A DNA stretch of 59,879 bases, the filler included, from Bipalium vagum (lineage: Eukaryota): assembly GCA_037834085.1 (NCBI GenBank). It is 3 parts of 3 records of this genome, joined end to end, with 100 filler letters (N's around TTAATTAATTAA, not from the genome) between each part and the next. Parts side by side here need not be neighbours in the genome. Positions count along the whole stretch, not along the records: positions 20,191 to 42,770 come from JBBMKC010219465.1; 2 more parts are not named here. One strand, 5' to 3'. Positions 25,129 through 38,689 of this stretch are shown here, in pieces; position 1 is the first letter of the stretch, and every line of letters starts with the position of its first letter. The notes under the pieces are model-generated. The model worked only from the letters and a program-made list of their open reading frames with translations, searched no databases and was not told the origin of the DNA. Both the position numbers and the translations under genes were made by a program.

Positions 25129-25429
25129 GAAATAGTAGCTTTCATATATTCATACAAAAATTTTTGTTATAATGCGAAATTAGATCGATCTTGCTTATAT
25201 CTTGCGGAATACTTTTCATTTCCAATAATGTCAATTTTTGAAAAGAATCCATTTTATTTTACTATTTCAACAATTTATAATAATGAAAATAATTATACGA
25301 TATTACATTCATTAAGTTTCAGAGTTAAATTAATTTGTGATAATAAATATTTTGGTATATTGTGCTATCATCATTGTGAAAATGATATTCGTAGAAATTG
25401 TACATCTTTGGGTGAACAATGTAAAATAG
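25129..25429 (+). CDS. DSL-Ig receptor-like gene: exon with DSL-like domain
   Basis: ttttag acceptor; open frame EIVAFIYSY...LSFRVKLICDNKYFGILCYHHCENDIRRNCTSLGEQCKI(G); gtgtga donor. The C-x8-C-x3-C spacing with YFG is DSL-like. Confidence 0.7.
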
Positions 25430-25788
25430 GTGTGAATAAATTAAAAATTCCTTTTCTAAGTCTTTGGAAATTTAAAGTTTATGTTACATTTTTAAGAATT
25501 TGATTATATAAAAATAACTATTTATGTTATTATTTAGATTGTAGAATTATTGTTTATAAATTTAATTATCTAGATTTAGAAATATTTTAAAAATTATATT
25601 AATATAAATTTTATATTTTAAGCTACCATTTTTAATTCAAAATTAATTATTAATATACACTTAAAGAAAATGGTAGTTATTTTTTTTAAAAATTTAGTAT
25701 ATAGTATATTTTTTAATTATAAATTAATTTTTAAACGTATATTTAATTATAAAAATAATGAAACTAACTTTCTAATATCGCTATTCAG

Positions 25789-25941
25789 GATGGATTGGAA
25801 TAGTTAATAATATTGAATATCCAAGTAAATTAAATTTTATGAAAAAATATTTTTCACAATCATTTTCGTGCGTTATAAAATCGTCTTGTTCCAGAATATG
25901 TTTATTCTGTGTGTTACGGGGCAACAATACATTAAAATGTG
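25789..25941 (+). CDS. DSL-Ig receptor-like gene: GWIG + Cys-rich linker exon (phase 1-1)
   Basis: ctaac branch point and ttcag acceptor; GWIGIVNNIEY...CVIKSSCSRICLFCVLRGNNTLKC; gtaagc donor. Completes the DSL C-x2-GWxG motif. Confidence 0.65.
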
Positions 25942-26677
25942 GTAAGCTTATGACAACATTATTAAAAATAAAGTTTCCAAATTACTACAGTTTAAAAATA
26001 TTAATATTATTTTAAAAAATATTAAGTTTAATTATCTTATGGTTTTTAATTTCTAAAAACGTTTTACAGTAAATGAAAGTACATTAATGATAAGAATTTT
26101 GTAAAAAATTAAAATGAAAATAATAAAATGGCTTCTGATATTTGGTTATTTTATTATTCCTTTGTTTTGTACTAGTATGTGATTTTTTCATGTTTAGTAG
26201 TTTTAGTTTCTGAAAAATCAGATGTTATGCATTTGTTATTGTTTGGTTTTTCAGTCATCAGTGTTTTCTCATATATTAAAAGACTTTAAAAATAGCTAAA
26301 GCTTCATATAAAAATGATATGTTCAGATAAATACAAATATTTTATCAAAAATTAATATGTATCCATCATACTTAAGAGAAGTATTACAATTTACTAATAA
26401 AAATGTATTTAATTTTTTTATAATGTATAATAATTATACTTCAAATATTAAAATTATAATTCATCTCAAATCAAAACTAAAGAAAAAGTATGCAAAAAAA
26501 TGTTCAATTTGATTTTTTTAATTAAATTCTTTTGTAATCGTAAAAAAACAAATATCTTTTTAATCTTTTGGGTTTTGGAAAATTTTTAAATATTGTCTTT
26601 TAAATACAATAAATATTATCTGCTATCACTAATCGTGACTTATTAAAATATGTCTTAAAATAAATAATTTTTTTAAG

Positions 26678-26944
26678 GAATGAAAAATGATACTATTAAT
26701 ATACTCAATGTTTCAATAACAGAAATTGTTCCAGGTATACCAATTTCCTGTGAACTGAACTTAGCAATATCTTCTAAAGTTTATTGGGAAGTTGCGGTTT
26801 ATTCATTTTTATATATCGAATATAAAGAAAATATTATTAAGATTAATTACACAAATGTAAATGTCACAGAAATTGAAATGTTTTGCGTGGCTGAAATCAT
26901 GTTACAAGTTGTTATAAGGAGAAATTTTACTTTAAGACTATGCG
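26678..26944 (+). CDS. DSL-Ig receptor-like gene: Ig-like domain 1 (phase 1-1 exon)
   Basis: ttttaag acceptor, gtatgt donor; PISCELN...VYW...IEMFCVAEI...RRNFTLRL, with C...W...C and 44 residues between the Cys. Confidence 0.7.
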
Positions 26945-27433
26945 GTATGTTTTTTATAGGTTTGATTTTCATAGTAAAATTTAATTTATTAATTGAATAA
27001 TAATGCTTTATCATTTCACATTTTAAAAACATTATTTCTAGTCTTTTTAAAGAAATATAAATCTTTTTCAATTTTTTTACTTATAAAGAGTAATAAAATT
27101 CAAATGTAATTTTGATTGAACCAGCTCCCTTTCATAAGATTAAATGAATTACATGTTAATATTTTAGTAATTATAGAGCTTATTAATAGCTTATTATAAT
27201 AATTATTCGGTACTGGTTACTATATGAATTAAATTCCAACTCAAAGCTACTAATAGAAGTTATAATTTTTCTTACTTCATAGCACACTTAGTTCTATTCA
27301 TACAGTAAATTCTTATAATATTAACACCATAAAATACTCATATAGATCAATGATGCTAATTTATATTTAATAAAGATATTCCTTAAGAATATTAAAATAA
27401 GAATATTCATTATTTTGTACTTCAGTTTTACTC

Positions 27434-28180
27434 TTAACACTAGGTTACGTAAAATTATGTAAAATTTCGAAATAAACAAAATTGTTACCCAAATTCATAT
27501 ATTGTTCACGTCATTTATTATGTAAAAATAAATATTAATCATAATATATATTATTATGTAGAAAAGTAAATCAACAATAAAACTTTATTTTTGTAAGTAT
27601 TCCACACATTTTCTCCAAATGTTCATTGCACACATGGTTTTCACAAGTGTAAAAAATTTGTTTATATGCTTGAGCTTTTGATGATGGAAAGTTTCTGTAT
27701 TTCTATTTTTAACAATTTATTTAAGACTCATTTTAGAAATATTTTTAATAATTTAATTCTGGCACACGGTTATTAGAAAAATATTTATCTGTACAATAAG
27801 AGATTTAGTCAAGTTATATATATACTTTTGACTCAATATATTCAATTACAAGAATATATATATTCAATTACCAAGACTCTGTATACCAAATAATAGGTCA
27901 CTACTATTACTGTCATAGATCCACCAAATCTTAATTCAATATTTATCTCATATTGCCTCTAAATGGTATCAATTGCTTATAAATTGGAGTGTTTTTTTCC
28001 AATTTTTTGTTAAATAGGTCATGTTGATCTCTATTTTTAGATAAAATTTGACATGACGTCTTCGTATTGATTTTGATAATTGGTCGTCAAAGCGTAAATG
28101 TTGAAATATTGCTGCAATTTTATTTTTAGACACAGACGCGCAATACACAGCACATCCAGATAATGGATCATAGAAATTAT
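27434..28180 (-). mobile_element. piggyBac transposon remnant
   Basis: ttaa-cactagg terminus at ~27434. Minus-strand Cys-rich tail CENHVCNEHLEKMC and ASVSKNKIAAIFQHLRFDD (piggyBac MSRNRF...LRFDD). Confidence 0.7.
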
Positions 28181-29410
28181 TGTTAAGTTTTTAAAAGCGG
28201 GGTTTACTTTTAGTTGTTTTAAACCTTGGATATCCTTTCAAAAACTTAACGTAGCTCGTATTAATATCAGAAGGATTTTAAAGAGTGTAACGTTCGGTTT
28301 ATGTAAAAGGCTGAGTTTATAGATATTTGTATTTTAAATCGACTGGGTAGCTGTAATGTACTTGCGATTAATAATTATGAATCAAAACGTAAATATGATT
28401 ATACTCAATATAAAAATATAAAAGTGGTATTCACAAAGTCAAACCAGAACGATTGAATAATATTAATTTAAAAATTGTATTATTTATCGACTCAAAAACT
28501 TTTACACAACCTTGTTGAACAAATTTACAAATTTTAAAAACTATTATTAATGATAAGTCTCGGAAATGTCAGTTTATACTCTTTGCAAACTTAGCTTAAA
28601 GAGTCCTCGAAATTCAAAAAGCGCTCAGTTACCTTTTCAGTTGATCTATCAGTTGTTTGGTCAAACGTTCTTTCAGTTGCTTTTCAATCGTTTGTTCTGT
28701 TTTTTCGATTGTTCGATTGTTCGTCCAGTACCTTATATATGGCTAAAAATTTGTTTTACCGTATCCGATTTCTGTTTTGCTTGTCAACAGTTCTGATATT
28801 TGATCTTCGTGATATAAGAATATTGGTTGAAGATTTGATTGCTACTGACTGGCTAGGATCTAATTTCTATTTTGACTTTAACAGTATTTGACGTTGGATT
28901 TGTCGTCTAGGTACTCGTATAGTATTTTTTATGTCCTTTTTAACTATAAGCGACTTTATTTATAATAAAAAATTTCTCTTCTAATTATTTTTAGTAATCT
29001 GCAATTACTAATTTTAATTTTTTATATATTATTTTTTCATTATTTATTCGGTTATAGATTATTATTTTTATTTTTAGGAATTATTTTTACTGGACTTTTT
29101 AAATTTAGAATTATTCTAATTTATGTACCATTTTTACAAATATTATATTTTATTTATTTATTTTATATTTTTATAATTTTCGGGATTTATCAATAATAAT
29201 TTACATATATTTAATAATATTTCACACATATTTTACACCCATGCAAAAAATAAAAAGTTCTTTACAATATTTCCAAATGTTTTGTTCCGTGCACAAAAAA
29301 GGTTTAATGAATAACAAAAAATGTTTTTTAAAGGTTAATACAAAAATTTTTCTTAAAGGCTTAATTCTGTCTCATCTCGTGGAAGTCCTGGGAGTTTGCC
29401 TGGGAGTCCC
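28181..29410 (-). repeat. Dispersed non-coding repeat, copy 2 (begins tgttaag on +), interrupting piggyBac
   Basis: Reverse-complement similarity to 12590-14180. Confidence 0.65.
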
Positions 29411-30154
29411 CTCATCATTAAAAATCATCATTTCTATTAAAAACGTATCTGATGTAAGATTTCAGTTTCAAAATTTTCTTAATTTTAATTATTTTTTAAA
29501 GTTATTATATATATTTTTAAGTAGTATAGGCATTTGATTATAATGATCTCTATTACAATTCGATCGTTAGAGTGCGATTTATGTAGATATTCCTAAAAAC
29601 CAGATTGTTAAAAGTAATTAATTACACCGGGCTCTGGGTTTTTTACCCACGGGGATTTCCAGAAAATCAAATTAAAAAAATTACTAAGATTTATTTTACA
29701 ACAAATCCATGATTTTTCTGTTTGGGTTGAATTGAATTATCTTCATTTTCACAACTAATATTTTTTCTAATTTTGTTTAGCTATTGAAATAATTCGATAT
29801 CTATATTTTAAGGAGTATGTTAGAAGATTTCTCTATATGTTTAAGACTTTGCACAACTTGGTGTTTAGGTATTTTAACAATGAACTCTTCCTTATCTTCT
29901 TTGATATGTAAATCATCGGCAACTTAATCTTTGAGTCATATTTTCAGTAACTGTGACTTTTTCCTTTATGAATGACGAGTCAATGTCGACAGAGTTCACT
30001 AAAGGAGGAGATTGTATCAAAAATTTCTTGTAATTCTTAGATATCTTTGGTTGCTTGAATTGAGTTTATATTGAAAATTTTTGGAATTCATTCAAATAAC
30101 TAAAAATTCAAATAAAACGAGTATCCACTGTAATAATAATTTCTTACTTATATA

Positions 30155-31050
30155 TACGTGGTGTGGATGAAAAGTCCTTAGAATCGTGCACAAATAGAAT
30201 AACTAATGAAACGAAACTTTGTATTTAGGACAAGTAAATTACAAATATAAATAAAGTTAATCACTTTTCTATATAACCATCTTCGTCCATCGATTTATAA
30301 CAGAAGATTTTGAATTTTCGAAGAAAATAGTAGGCTTGTCATTCAAAAAATATTGAACTGTTCGTATGAGATCATCTTTAGACCCAATTCTCGCTTTTTC
30401 AGATCACTAAGCAGTACATAGTAGTAGTGAGAATTTCCTTGGATAAAATCAATTTTTATTACACATTTTGCACCCCAGAATACACTGAGAGTCAGAAATT
30501 TCCGGTGAGATATCAATGGACGAAGCAAAGTTTGGTGCATTTTCCTCAAGAAATACCCATTCACAAGACTCACGCCTACTGTATGGAATGCAAAGACTCA
30601 ATGGAATCTTATCCTCTGTTACAATATTCTTCAAAAAACTCTGTCCAAGAGAATGAAATAGACCTAGGTTTTCTTGACATGATTTCATTCGCTTTTATCG
30701 CATCTTCATTGTCAAAAATCGTGGGACAAATTTGTTACATAATTTCCTAACTCCGATACTCTATTATGTTCTGCACAGTCTTCGCTTAAATTAAGTTTAT
30801 TTGAAACCTCTCTGGGTAATACGCCTCTCTTTGACGATTATCTTCAATTTTTATAATTTTTGTTTCCCAATTTCTGTAGGTCGTCCAATTTTTTTCTTTG
30901 TCTAACACATTGTTCCTGTCATAAGGAAAATTCTGTGATCCAATTGTATACAGTCGCCTTGCATAGTGTTTCATTTGCATATGCTTCCTCCAGTTGAGAA
31001 ATAGTTTTCTTCTTTTCTGTCTTCTTCAAAACCGTTTGACGCCACCTAAT
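30155..31050 (-). mobile_element. Decayed mariner element
   Basis: tacgtggtgtggatgaaaagtcc terminus. Minus-strand TISQLEEAYANETLCKATVYNW, NIVTEDK and LSVFWG..IDF motifs. Confidence 0.75.
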
Positions 31051-31101
31051 GTCATCAAAAGCGTACAACTTAAAACAAATATAATAACACATATATACTC
31101 T

Positions 31102-32561
31102 CAGTAGCTCTCAAAAATTAGTTGACACTGAAAATATAAGTGTTTTATGAAGTTTCTTTTTTATTATGACTACCCAAACCAATATATAAATATGTTTTCG
31201 TAAAGGCTATTCAAGTCAATCAAACGAAAATTGTATTGAAATGGATATTAAATAAATGAAATATTCAAGAAAATATGCAACATTAAGAGTTCATAAATTT
31301 GACAATGTAACATGAAAATCTAGAAACCTTTTTAATATATTACACGAATTTTTAAAATTTATTATTAATACAAGTGATCCAAACTAATATTTATTAGCAT
31401 AACCATTGGAAGCGATAACAGCTGCACATCTGCGAGGTATAGAGTCAACAAGTTTAATCAATTTTTCTAAAGGAATTTTAATCCAACTTTCATGTAAATT
31501 TCTAAAGAAATCTTTTTTATTGGATATATTTTAACTCGGATGGTACGATCAAGCTCCTTCCATAAATGCTCAATCGGATTAAGGTCCGGACTCTGACTAG
31601 GCCACTTCATAACACGTATTTTTTTGCGTTCTATTGTTTGTTTAATAACGTTGGATGTGTGTTTGGGGTCGTTATCTTATTTAAATATCCAGCCTTCTTT
31701 CATGGTTTCATGTGCAAATGGAATCATTGTATCCTTAATTATGTTATCATATATTTGCATGTTCATGATGCCTTTTATTTGAATAAGAGTTCGACTCCAT
31801 CTCTGGAAAAACAACCCCACACCATGACATTTCCTCCACCGTTTTTAATAGTCGGAACAAGTCTCTTACATTAAATCTTTGGTTAACAGATCGACGAACA
31901 TATAGAATACCATCACTAAATAGCAAATTAGATTTGCTTTCGTCACTCCAGAGCACTTTAGACCAATCTTAGACACTGATTTTATTTGATGCGTTGGAAT
32001 TACTTTGATTAATTTCTGTGACAATATTGACAACAGTTTTTCGTGGATCATCTTTTGAGGAACGAATAATGATGCGATCTTGATGAGCAGTTGTTTTCCT
32101 TGGCCTTCCAGATATTGGTGCATTAAAAATATCTCCATTTCTGTTAAATTTCTTGACCCAATTGCTGATTACCTGTCGCTTAAGCCAAAAATCGAGCGAA
32201 ACACTTGCTTGTGTTCTTCCTCTTTTAACTGCCATAACAACTCGTTCCTTAATATAATTAACCATAATTTTTTGCTCTCACCATGATTGAAACTAAATAG
32301 TTTTAGACATTATTTTAAGAAAATAGTTTATAATCTTACTATAAATTGATTATAAATAAAATGACAAATAATTTTTGAGCGCTTTAATGGTTTATGCTTT
32401 TTTATTATTTAAAATTTATAAATATAAAATATTTTTAGAGTTTATTTCTTCGCATATGTAGGAAGATTTTTAACAAAAAATTAACATAATTATCTAGTAA
32501 CAGCTAAATTTACTTATGAAAACTTAAAATTCGCGTGTCAACTAACTTTTGAGCGCTACTA
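31102..32561 (-). mobile_element. Near full-length Tc1 (DD34E) element, frameshifted
   Basis: TIRs cagtagctctcaaaaattagttgacac / gtgtcaactaacttttgagcgctact. Motifs SGRPRKTT, LWSDESK, GGNVMVWGCFS and [15 protein letters not shown]. Confidence 0.9.
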
Positions 32562-32637
32562 TATATTTATTTTTGAAATTTCATAAGATTCTTAATTATA
32601 TTTATATAATTGTCTGTACTTTTAATCCACACACATA

Positions 32638-32990
32638 TATTAGGTGTGGGTTTCTTAAGAAATCAAAATATTTATTTTTTCACCATTTTCGGAAACTTAT
32701 GAATACCTTCGAAAAAAGTTTTCTTGGACGAAATCAATTCCTCCGGTAATTTTTTGATCTCTTCATAATTATGGTTCCCTCTTAGTTACACCAGTCACAC
32801 AAAGTTGCTGATTGTTCCCTTATAAACCTAAGATCTTTTGTGTCGACGATTTTCAGTTCAATAATGTATTTTTGTTAATTTAAAAAGTTAAAATATCAAA
32901 GTTTTAAAAATTAAATTCATCAAACAATCTGATGTTTGATATAAATATAAAACGAAGGAATCCACAGAATTAAATGATATACCTAATTTG
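32638..32990 (-). mobile_element. Short internally deleted mariner
   Basis: tattaggtgt ... atacctaat termini. Its end shares atcaa.ca.tctgatgtttgatataaatataaaa.gaaggaat with 41100-41170. Confidence 0.55.
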
Positions 32991-33313
32991 TTAAAAAATT
33001 TAACGTACCAATTTCGTTGAAATCAACTACAAATATTTTTACTAGACATTTAAATCAAAAACTGTGAAATATATTCTGGTAAGGGATATAAGATTATATA
33101 TATATATATCTTACTTTCTCCTTATTGAATTGATTTAATAGTTCAAAAGTGCGGTATGTCTTTAGGTTTTTTTCCAAGCTGAGGGTCATTACATATATTT
33201 CAGACGTAAATAAGAAGTATCATCATTTAATATAATAATAACTGTTTATCAATAGAAAATTTAATTTACATAGTGTAAAAATATTTTTGTGTTGATGTTT
33301 AATTAATTTGTAG

Positions 33314-33577
33314 ATATGCCAAATGATATAAAACTATATCCTGTCAAAGAATGGTACTTACCTTGTGACGAAATAAAATGTATTACTGATGATAATAAAT
33401 CCTACAAAACAATGATTAGGGTACTTAATAATAACGATTATTTCTATTACTCTGATAGTGGATCACTCATAATTGGTGAAATGGTTGTGAAAAATGTTTA
33501 CGATATTGAATGTAAAGTTGAGCAACAATGCAAAGTGGCACAATCAGTAAAGCGTACATTCAAAATTAAAATCTTAA
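33314..33577 (+). CDS. DSL-Ig receptor-like gene: Ig-like domain 2 (phase 1-1 exon)
   Basis: tttgtag acceptor, gtaata donor; DIKLYP...EIKCIT...SLIIG...YDIECKV...VKRTFKIKIL. Confidence 0.68.
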
Positions 33578-35214
33578 GTAATATTAGATCGTATATATTT
33601 TCAGATTGATATTGAAAATTCCTTTTTAAACGAGAAATTAACTAAGAAATTTACGAAACTTAAATAAATTTTATAAAATTTTGTTATATTATTTTATTAA
33701 ACTTCTTAATATTACAATTGAATATTACACTCAAAAATTGGAATTAACTTTATAATATATTAATATTTGAAAAAACTTAAACTACGTTTAAATTAATTTT
33801 TTAATCAAAGTACTTGTTATATTTTTAAAAATTTTGTCCACGTTTATCACCTTTTTAAAAAACCCACGAAAACCTTAAAAATTTATTTTCAATTTTCAAA
33901 TCTAATCTATTTTTCAGTGGATTTTACAAATCTTATTATTTAGAAATTTGTTTTTTTTTTGAATTTTAAAATATGTTAATATTTTATATTAACCAATTTC
34001 ATTCCAGAAGTTTGATTTACTTAGTGTATAATAGTTCATATAGGACCTATTAAGACTATATGTTTCATAAAAAAATTTTAAAAATTAAAATGAAATTTAG
34101 TACAGTAATTTATGTACAGTAAAAGTCTATCAATGCGCAATTAAAATATGTCTCTGTAGTGATTTAAATCAATTAATAAATCTTCAAATAAAATGTAAAT
34201 TTCACTCTAAAGGGACATCCCCAAATGTGGCTTATGGAATGAAATTGGTTAATCAAGTATCGTTAATTATCTGATTCCAAAATCTAATAATTATGTTTCA
34301 TAACTATTACCTTCCCTGCACTAAAATCAAATAAAACAAATTCTAAAACTTGATGAATTGAACACAGCTTTAATGTCTCGATAAGGTCTTAAAATCACCC
34401 CACGAAATATCAAAATGTTATAGTTCACAACTTCCTCGACTCTTGTTAATCAAAATAGTTTGGAGAAACCCCGGAAGAACGTAAATAATTAAAATATTAA
34501 TATCTTTTATTGGCTTCTGTATTAGAAAACAATAAATAACTAATTTAAATACTCACTGATAATTCAAATTAAAAGAAATTTTGAAATTTAAGTAAATTCC
34601 GTTTGAAATATTAAAGAATAATTCGTGGTTATCAAATTTATTTTCGAAAACAGTGAAAAACATTTAAAACTAATAATACGAATATAGATCTTTGAAAGAA
34701 GTCAATTTCTACAACTCGGAATGAAAAAAACTAGATAATTGAAGCCAGATTGAGAAAAGAATTTTGTTAGTATTAAAATAAAACTAAAAATTGTTTTTAT
34801 GATTCGATTATTTAATTACATTAGTTTTTATTAATTATTTTACATTCAGTCTGGCAAATTATATCTCTGGCATATTTGGGCGTAATTATATGTAGTTAAG
34901 CCCTTTCATGACAAAGTTCAATGTGGCAGTAATTCTGACGCTATAAATTATTGTATTATTATTATTTGAAATATTACCCTTATCATGGTGTATTTTAAAA
35001 CTCAACAAATATCAAATTATTTAGTTAATCACATTTTATCTACTGGTAGTTTTGAATTTTCTTTTTTCAAAGTAGCTGGTTTATTTTTTTTTTAAAATAT
35101 TTTTAGTCAATTTAGAATTTTATTAAATGTCAAACATATATTCCGCAGTATTAATCGATTTTTCTTAATTTTTGATATTTACTTGTCATGCCTTACACTA
35201 ATTATGAATATTAG

Positions 35215-35493
35215 GTGCTTATGAAACTTTGAATTTTTTACCAAATACGAACAATATTTTGGTTGGGAGAACTATTAAATGTTATTCAACGAGTACTTGT
35301 AAACGTTTACCACTTATGGTTTATCAAAACAAAGGATTAACCAATGTTGGAAGATCAAAGCGATATATTTACGGAATTAACCAAATTGTTATCAGAACTG
35401 ATGAGTTTTTTTTAAACGGAATTTATGAATTAACTTGTCGTATTCTGAATAGCAATTGTTCTACAAATGTTAGAAGATTCTTTCAAATTTGGA
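35215..35493 (+). CDS. DSL-Ig receptor-like gene: Ig-like domain 3 (phase 1-1 exon)
   Basis: ctaat branch point and attag acceptor, gttagt donor; LNFLP...VGRTIKCYS...NGIYELTCRIL...VRRFFQIW. Confidence 0.7.
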
Positions 35494-36576
35494 GTTAGTA
35501 TTTTTTATAGTTTTCTATGTACTGTTTATTTAATGCAAAATATTAGTGGTGTTATGAAATAAAATTTTGACTTACATCTGTTTTCTCTTACAATCATTTA
35601 AGCAATTATTTGATTAAATGGATTTGCATTTATATTAACAATATTTCAAGAATATTAAAATAACTTATTGTAAATGTGGAAAGAATTTTTTCTATTAACA
35701 TGAAAATTTCTCAAATCATGTTGAATATTAAAATATTATTTGTACTTCACACCTTCATAATATCATTTATAATTATACAGAATCCATTTTATATCGGTTG
35801 AACTTTTGCTATTTTATTATATCATTTACTAAGTAACAAGGTCATTATTTTTAAATAAAGATTAAATTATATTTTCACAAATACTTAAAATATGTTTTTA
35901 TAGCAATATAAATGCATGTAATCCAAAATTAATTGCAATTTTCTAGGTAAATTCGAATATGAGATGAAATGTTTGATGCCCTATTGCGTACCTAATTTTT
36001 TTTTATCCCTAACTATCAATAATAGTTCTATGGTCATAATTTTCAAGATTGAAAAAACGTAACGAATGTTTAATAACTCTGTTCCATCATAGTAATCAAT
36101 ACGTGATTAGTGTAGAAACCCTTCATTTATCACAGGTCTACATTAGTGTGACTTATCTTTTAGACTAAAATCTCCTTTTTGAAACTTTACACCAATTTGA
36201 TGATGTGCTCTAGGACACACTTACTTCAATATCACAAATAATCCTTATGGTAGCAATAGTAAATTCTCTTTTATTAATAATAACAGATCAAACCTCGAAT
36301 TGGAATATTCATTTTAAAATTATAAATTAAAATAAATGGGTTGATTTATCTATTTAAACAAAATTTAAAAATATACTTTGATAGTAAAATATCAATGATG
36401 TAAGATTTTAAAGAGTTGTTATTAAAAATATTTATTTTGATACAAGAAAATTAAATTATCAAAATCAGGAAAAACTTTTGGTACAACATAATATTATAAA
36501 GAAAATAACATCAAGTGGATTAAATTTTAAGAAAACATTCAAATTTTATTTAATGATAAAAATTAAATTGTTTTAG

Positions 36577-36852
36577 ATAAGCCGATTCGAGATCTACATA
36601 TTTTTCCATCTTCAGTTACCATTGGTAATCATATCTTTTGTAATTTTGGATTTTTAAAAAATAAATATACTTCCATAATCTTAATAATAAGAACTTTGGA
36701 CTTTAAGTATATAAAGACTTATTCAAATCCAAGTGTAAGAATCAGGTCAAAATACTTTTACAAAAAGCAAATTAATATCAATTGCACGATATACTTTATA
36801 TTCGATGGAAAATCTAATGTCTATAGTACGCAAAAGAAACTTTATGTTGGAG
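36577..36852 (+). CDS. DSL-Ig receptor-like gene: Ig-like domain 4 (phase 1-1 exon)
   Basis: ttttag acceptor, gtaagt donor; LHIFPSSVTIGNHIFCNF...ININCTIY...TQKKLYVG. Confidence 0.7.
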
Positions 36853-37559
36853 GTAAGTTGTTTAAAATTATTTTAAATGATTATTGTTTTTAATTATTGT
36901 ATCATTCTAATAGTTTTTTTTAAAATTTTAATAATTTTACTTAATGTTTATAAATATTTATGGTTATAAATCCAGTTATTCATAATCGCCTTGGAAATAG
37001 ACTGGTCATCAATTCGTAAAGCAGCACTTAGACTCGATGACGATTAATTATTTGTTTTAAGCTCCAGCCTTTTCCATAAAAGCTACATTAACAACGATTT
37101 GCTCTAGAAAAAAGGAGAACTTCTGGGAATAAGAAATTCCTTGTTACGCCTCTGATCTGTTTTTCTTTTAGGACAAACAACTCAGTTCATTAAACCAGTT
37201 TAATTGTTTTTCACATTGATGGTCAAAAATACTGATTTTTTAAATAATGGAATATTTTATTACTTCCAAAGTGACACAATTCCGAATGGATCTCCTTCAC
37301 AAATTCTTCTACGATACTTTCTGGAATAATTATTATGAGGAGGCTAATCAGACCTGAGGAATTTTTAATTATTTATTTTAATAATTTTAAAATACTTAAA
37401 AAGTATGAATGAAATTTTAAAGATAACTTATTTTTAAAATTTAATAAGAAAAGAAATTTTCAGGTCTGAGAAAATTTGTTTAAATATTATTTGTTTTATG
37501 ACTTAAAAAATCTATTCAAAAAATAATTTTTAATTCTGAGTATAAACCGATTGATATTA

Positions 37560-38165
37560 ATATGGCTGCCATCACCGACTCGGATCCGATCACTAAACAT
37601 CTCCAACCAAAAACGTTCAGTAAGGTTGACGATGTTGAAAAATTCATCGCGTAGTGCATAAGGTTTTTCACGGTGAAAGAGACACCAGTGAAAAGAAGGG
37701 AAACCTTGATCTATTATCTATTTTTCTTAGATTTAGTAGAGAAGAATGAAAGCACGGCCGGAAAAGTTAGGAAGGTTACGATTGGCCTTTTCCAAACCAA
37801 AAGATATGATGGGTAATTTGGAAAAGTTAATCAACTATTGTAGAGAACCCGATAGTGTGGAAAATTTCTCGAAAACGTCCATAAGATGGTGGAAGATGTC
37901 TTGTCACATGAAATGACAAAGGAAAGACTTTTGAAAAAAGTTCTAATTAGATGTATAAATGATCCAGAAATCTCGAAGGAGATCGAGCTGATAAAGTTAG
38001 GAAATATTGAAGAAATGGAAGATCTAATTAAATTAATGGGTGAAATCCGACAGAAACAGTCTGATCAGGTCAAAAGCATCAGGACCTACATAGACATAGC
38101 GAGGAACGGTAGATATCAAAACAGACGGGAAGCAGGATATAAGATTCGACCTGTTGTAGAGCAAA
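37560..38165 (+). mobile_element. Gypsy-like gag remnant
   Basis: MAAITDSDPITKHLQPKTFSKVDDVEKFIA*CIRFF (gag-like P..F...DDVE.F), followed by the helical ORF 37886-38215; stops and frameshifts. Confidence 0.45.
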
Positions 38166-38166
38166 G

Positions 38167-38400
38167 TTATTTAAATGACTTTGGTCTACAGTTGCTTGTC
38201 AAAACATCCATTTGACTACCAAATTCTTGTGTCCTTTCAATGATTTTAGAAGTCGCTTTTTCTTCCGAAATGCGTTTTTCCACACATGTTGAAATTGTTG
38301 TTTTTTTGAATCTTAAAAACCATTTTTGTGCTGTTCTTCTGCTAATTGCTGATTTCCCAAAAAATAATTCTACATTCAAATGAAGATTATATATGTCTCA
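38167..38400 (-). mobile_element. Mariner N-terminal HTH fragment
   Basis: FGKSAISRRTAQKWFLRFKK. Confidence 0.65.
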
Positions 38401-38689
38401 GTTTTAAAAATATTAGATTTTTAGATTCTTTAAGACTGTGTTCAAATATGTCTATTAAAATTATGAGAGAAATGTTATTGAAATCTAATAAATATAAAAT
38501 TTTAATGAATTAAAACCTAAGAAATCCTTATAATTAAACTTAAACTCAAGTTATTCATAAAATACCCAGATTTCATTTAATAAAATAAATATAGATTCAT
38601 TTCAATTTCATTATCTTAGATAATTTTTGCTACTAATGATCTTAGAATTTTCCAAATTTTATATTTTTAATAATTGCTTCTATTGATAA

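Noticed and set aside
35947-36062. Possible extra exon (KFEYEMKCLMPYC...) within the DSL-Ig gene
   Set aside because: Runs into a stop without a convincing phase-compatible donor; not needed for the model.
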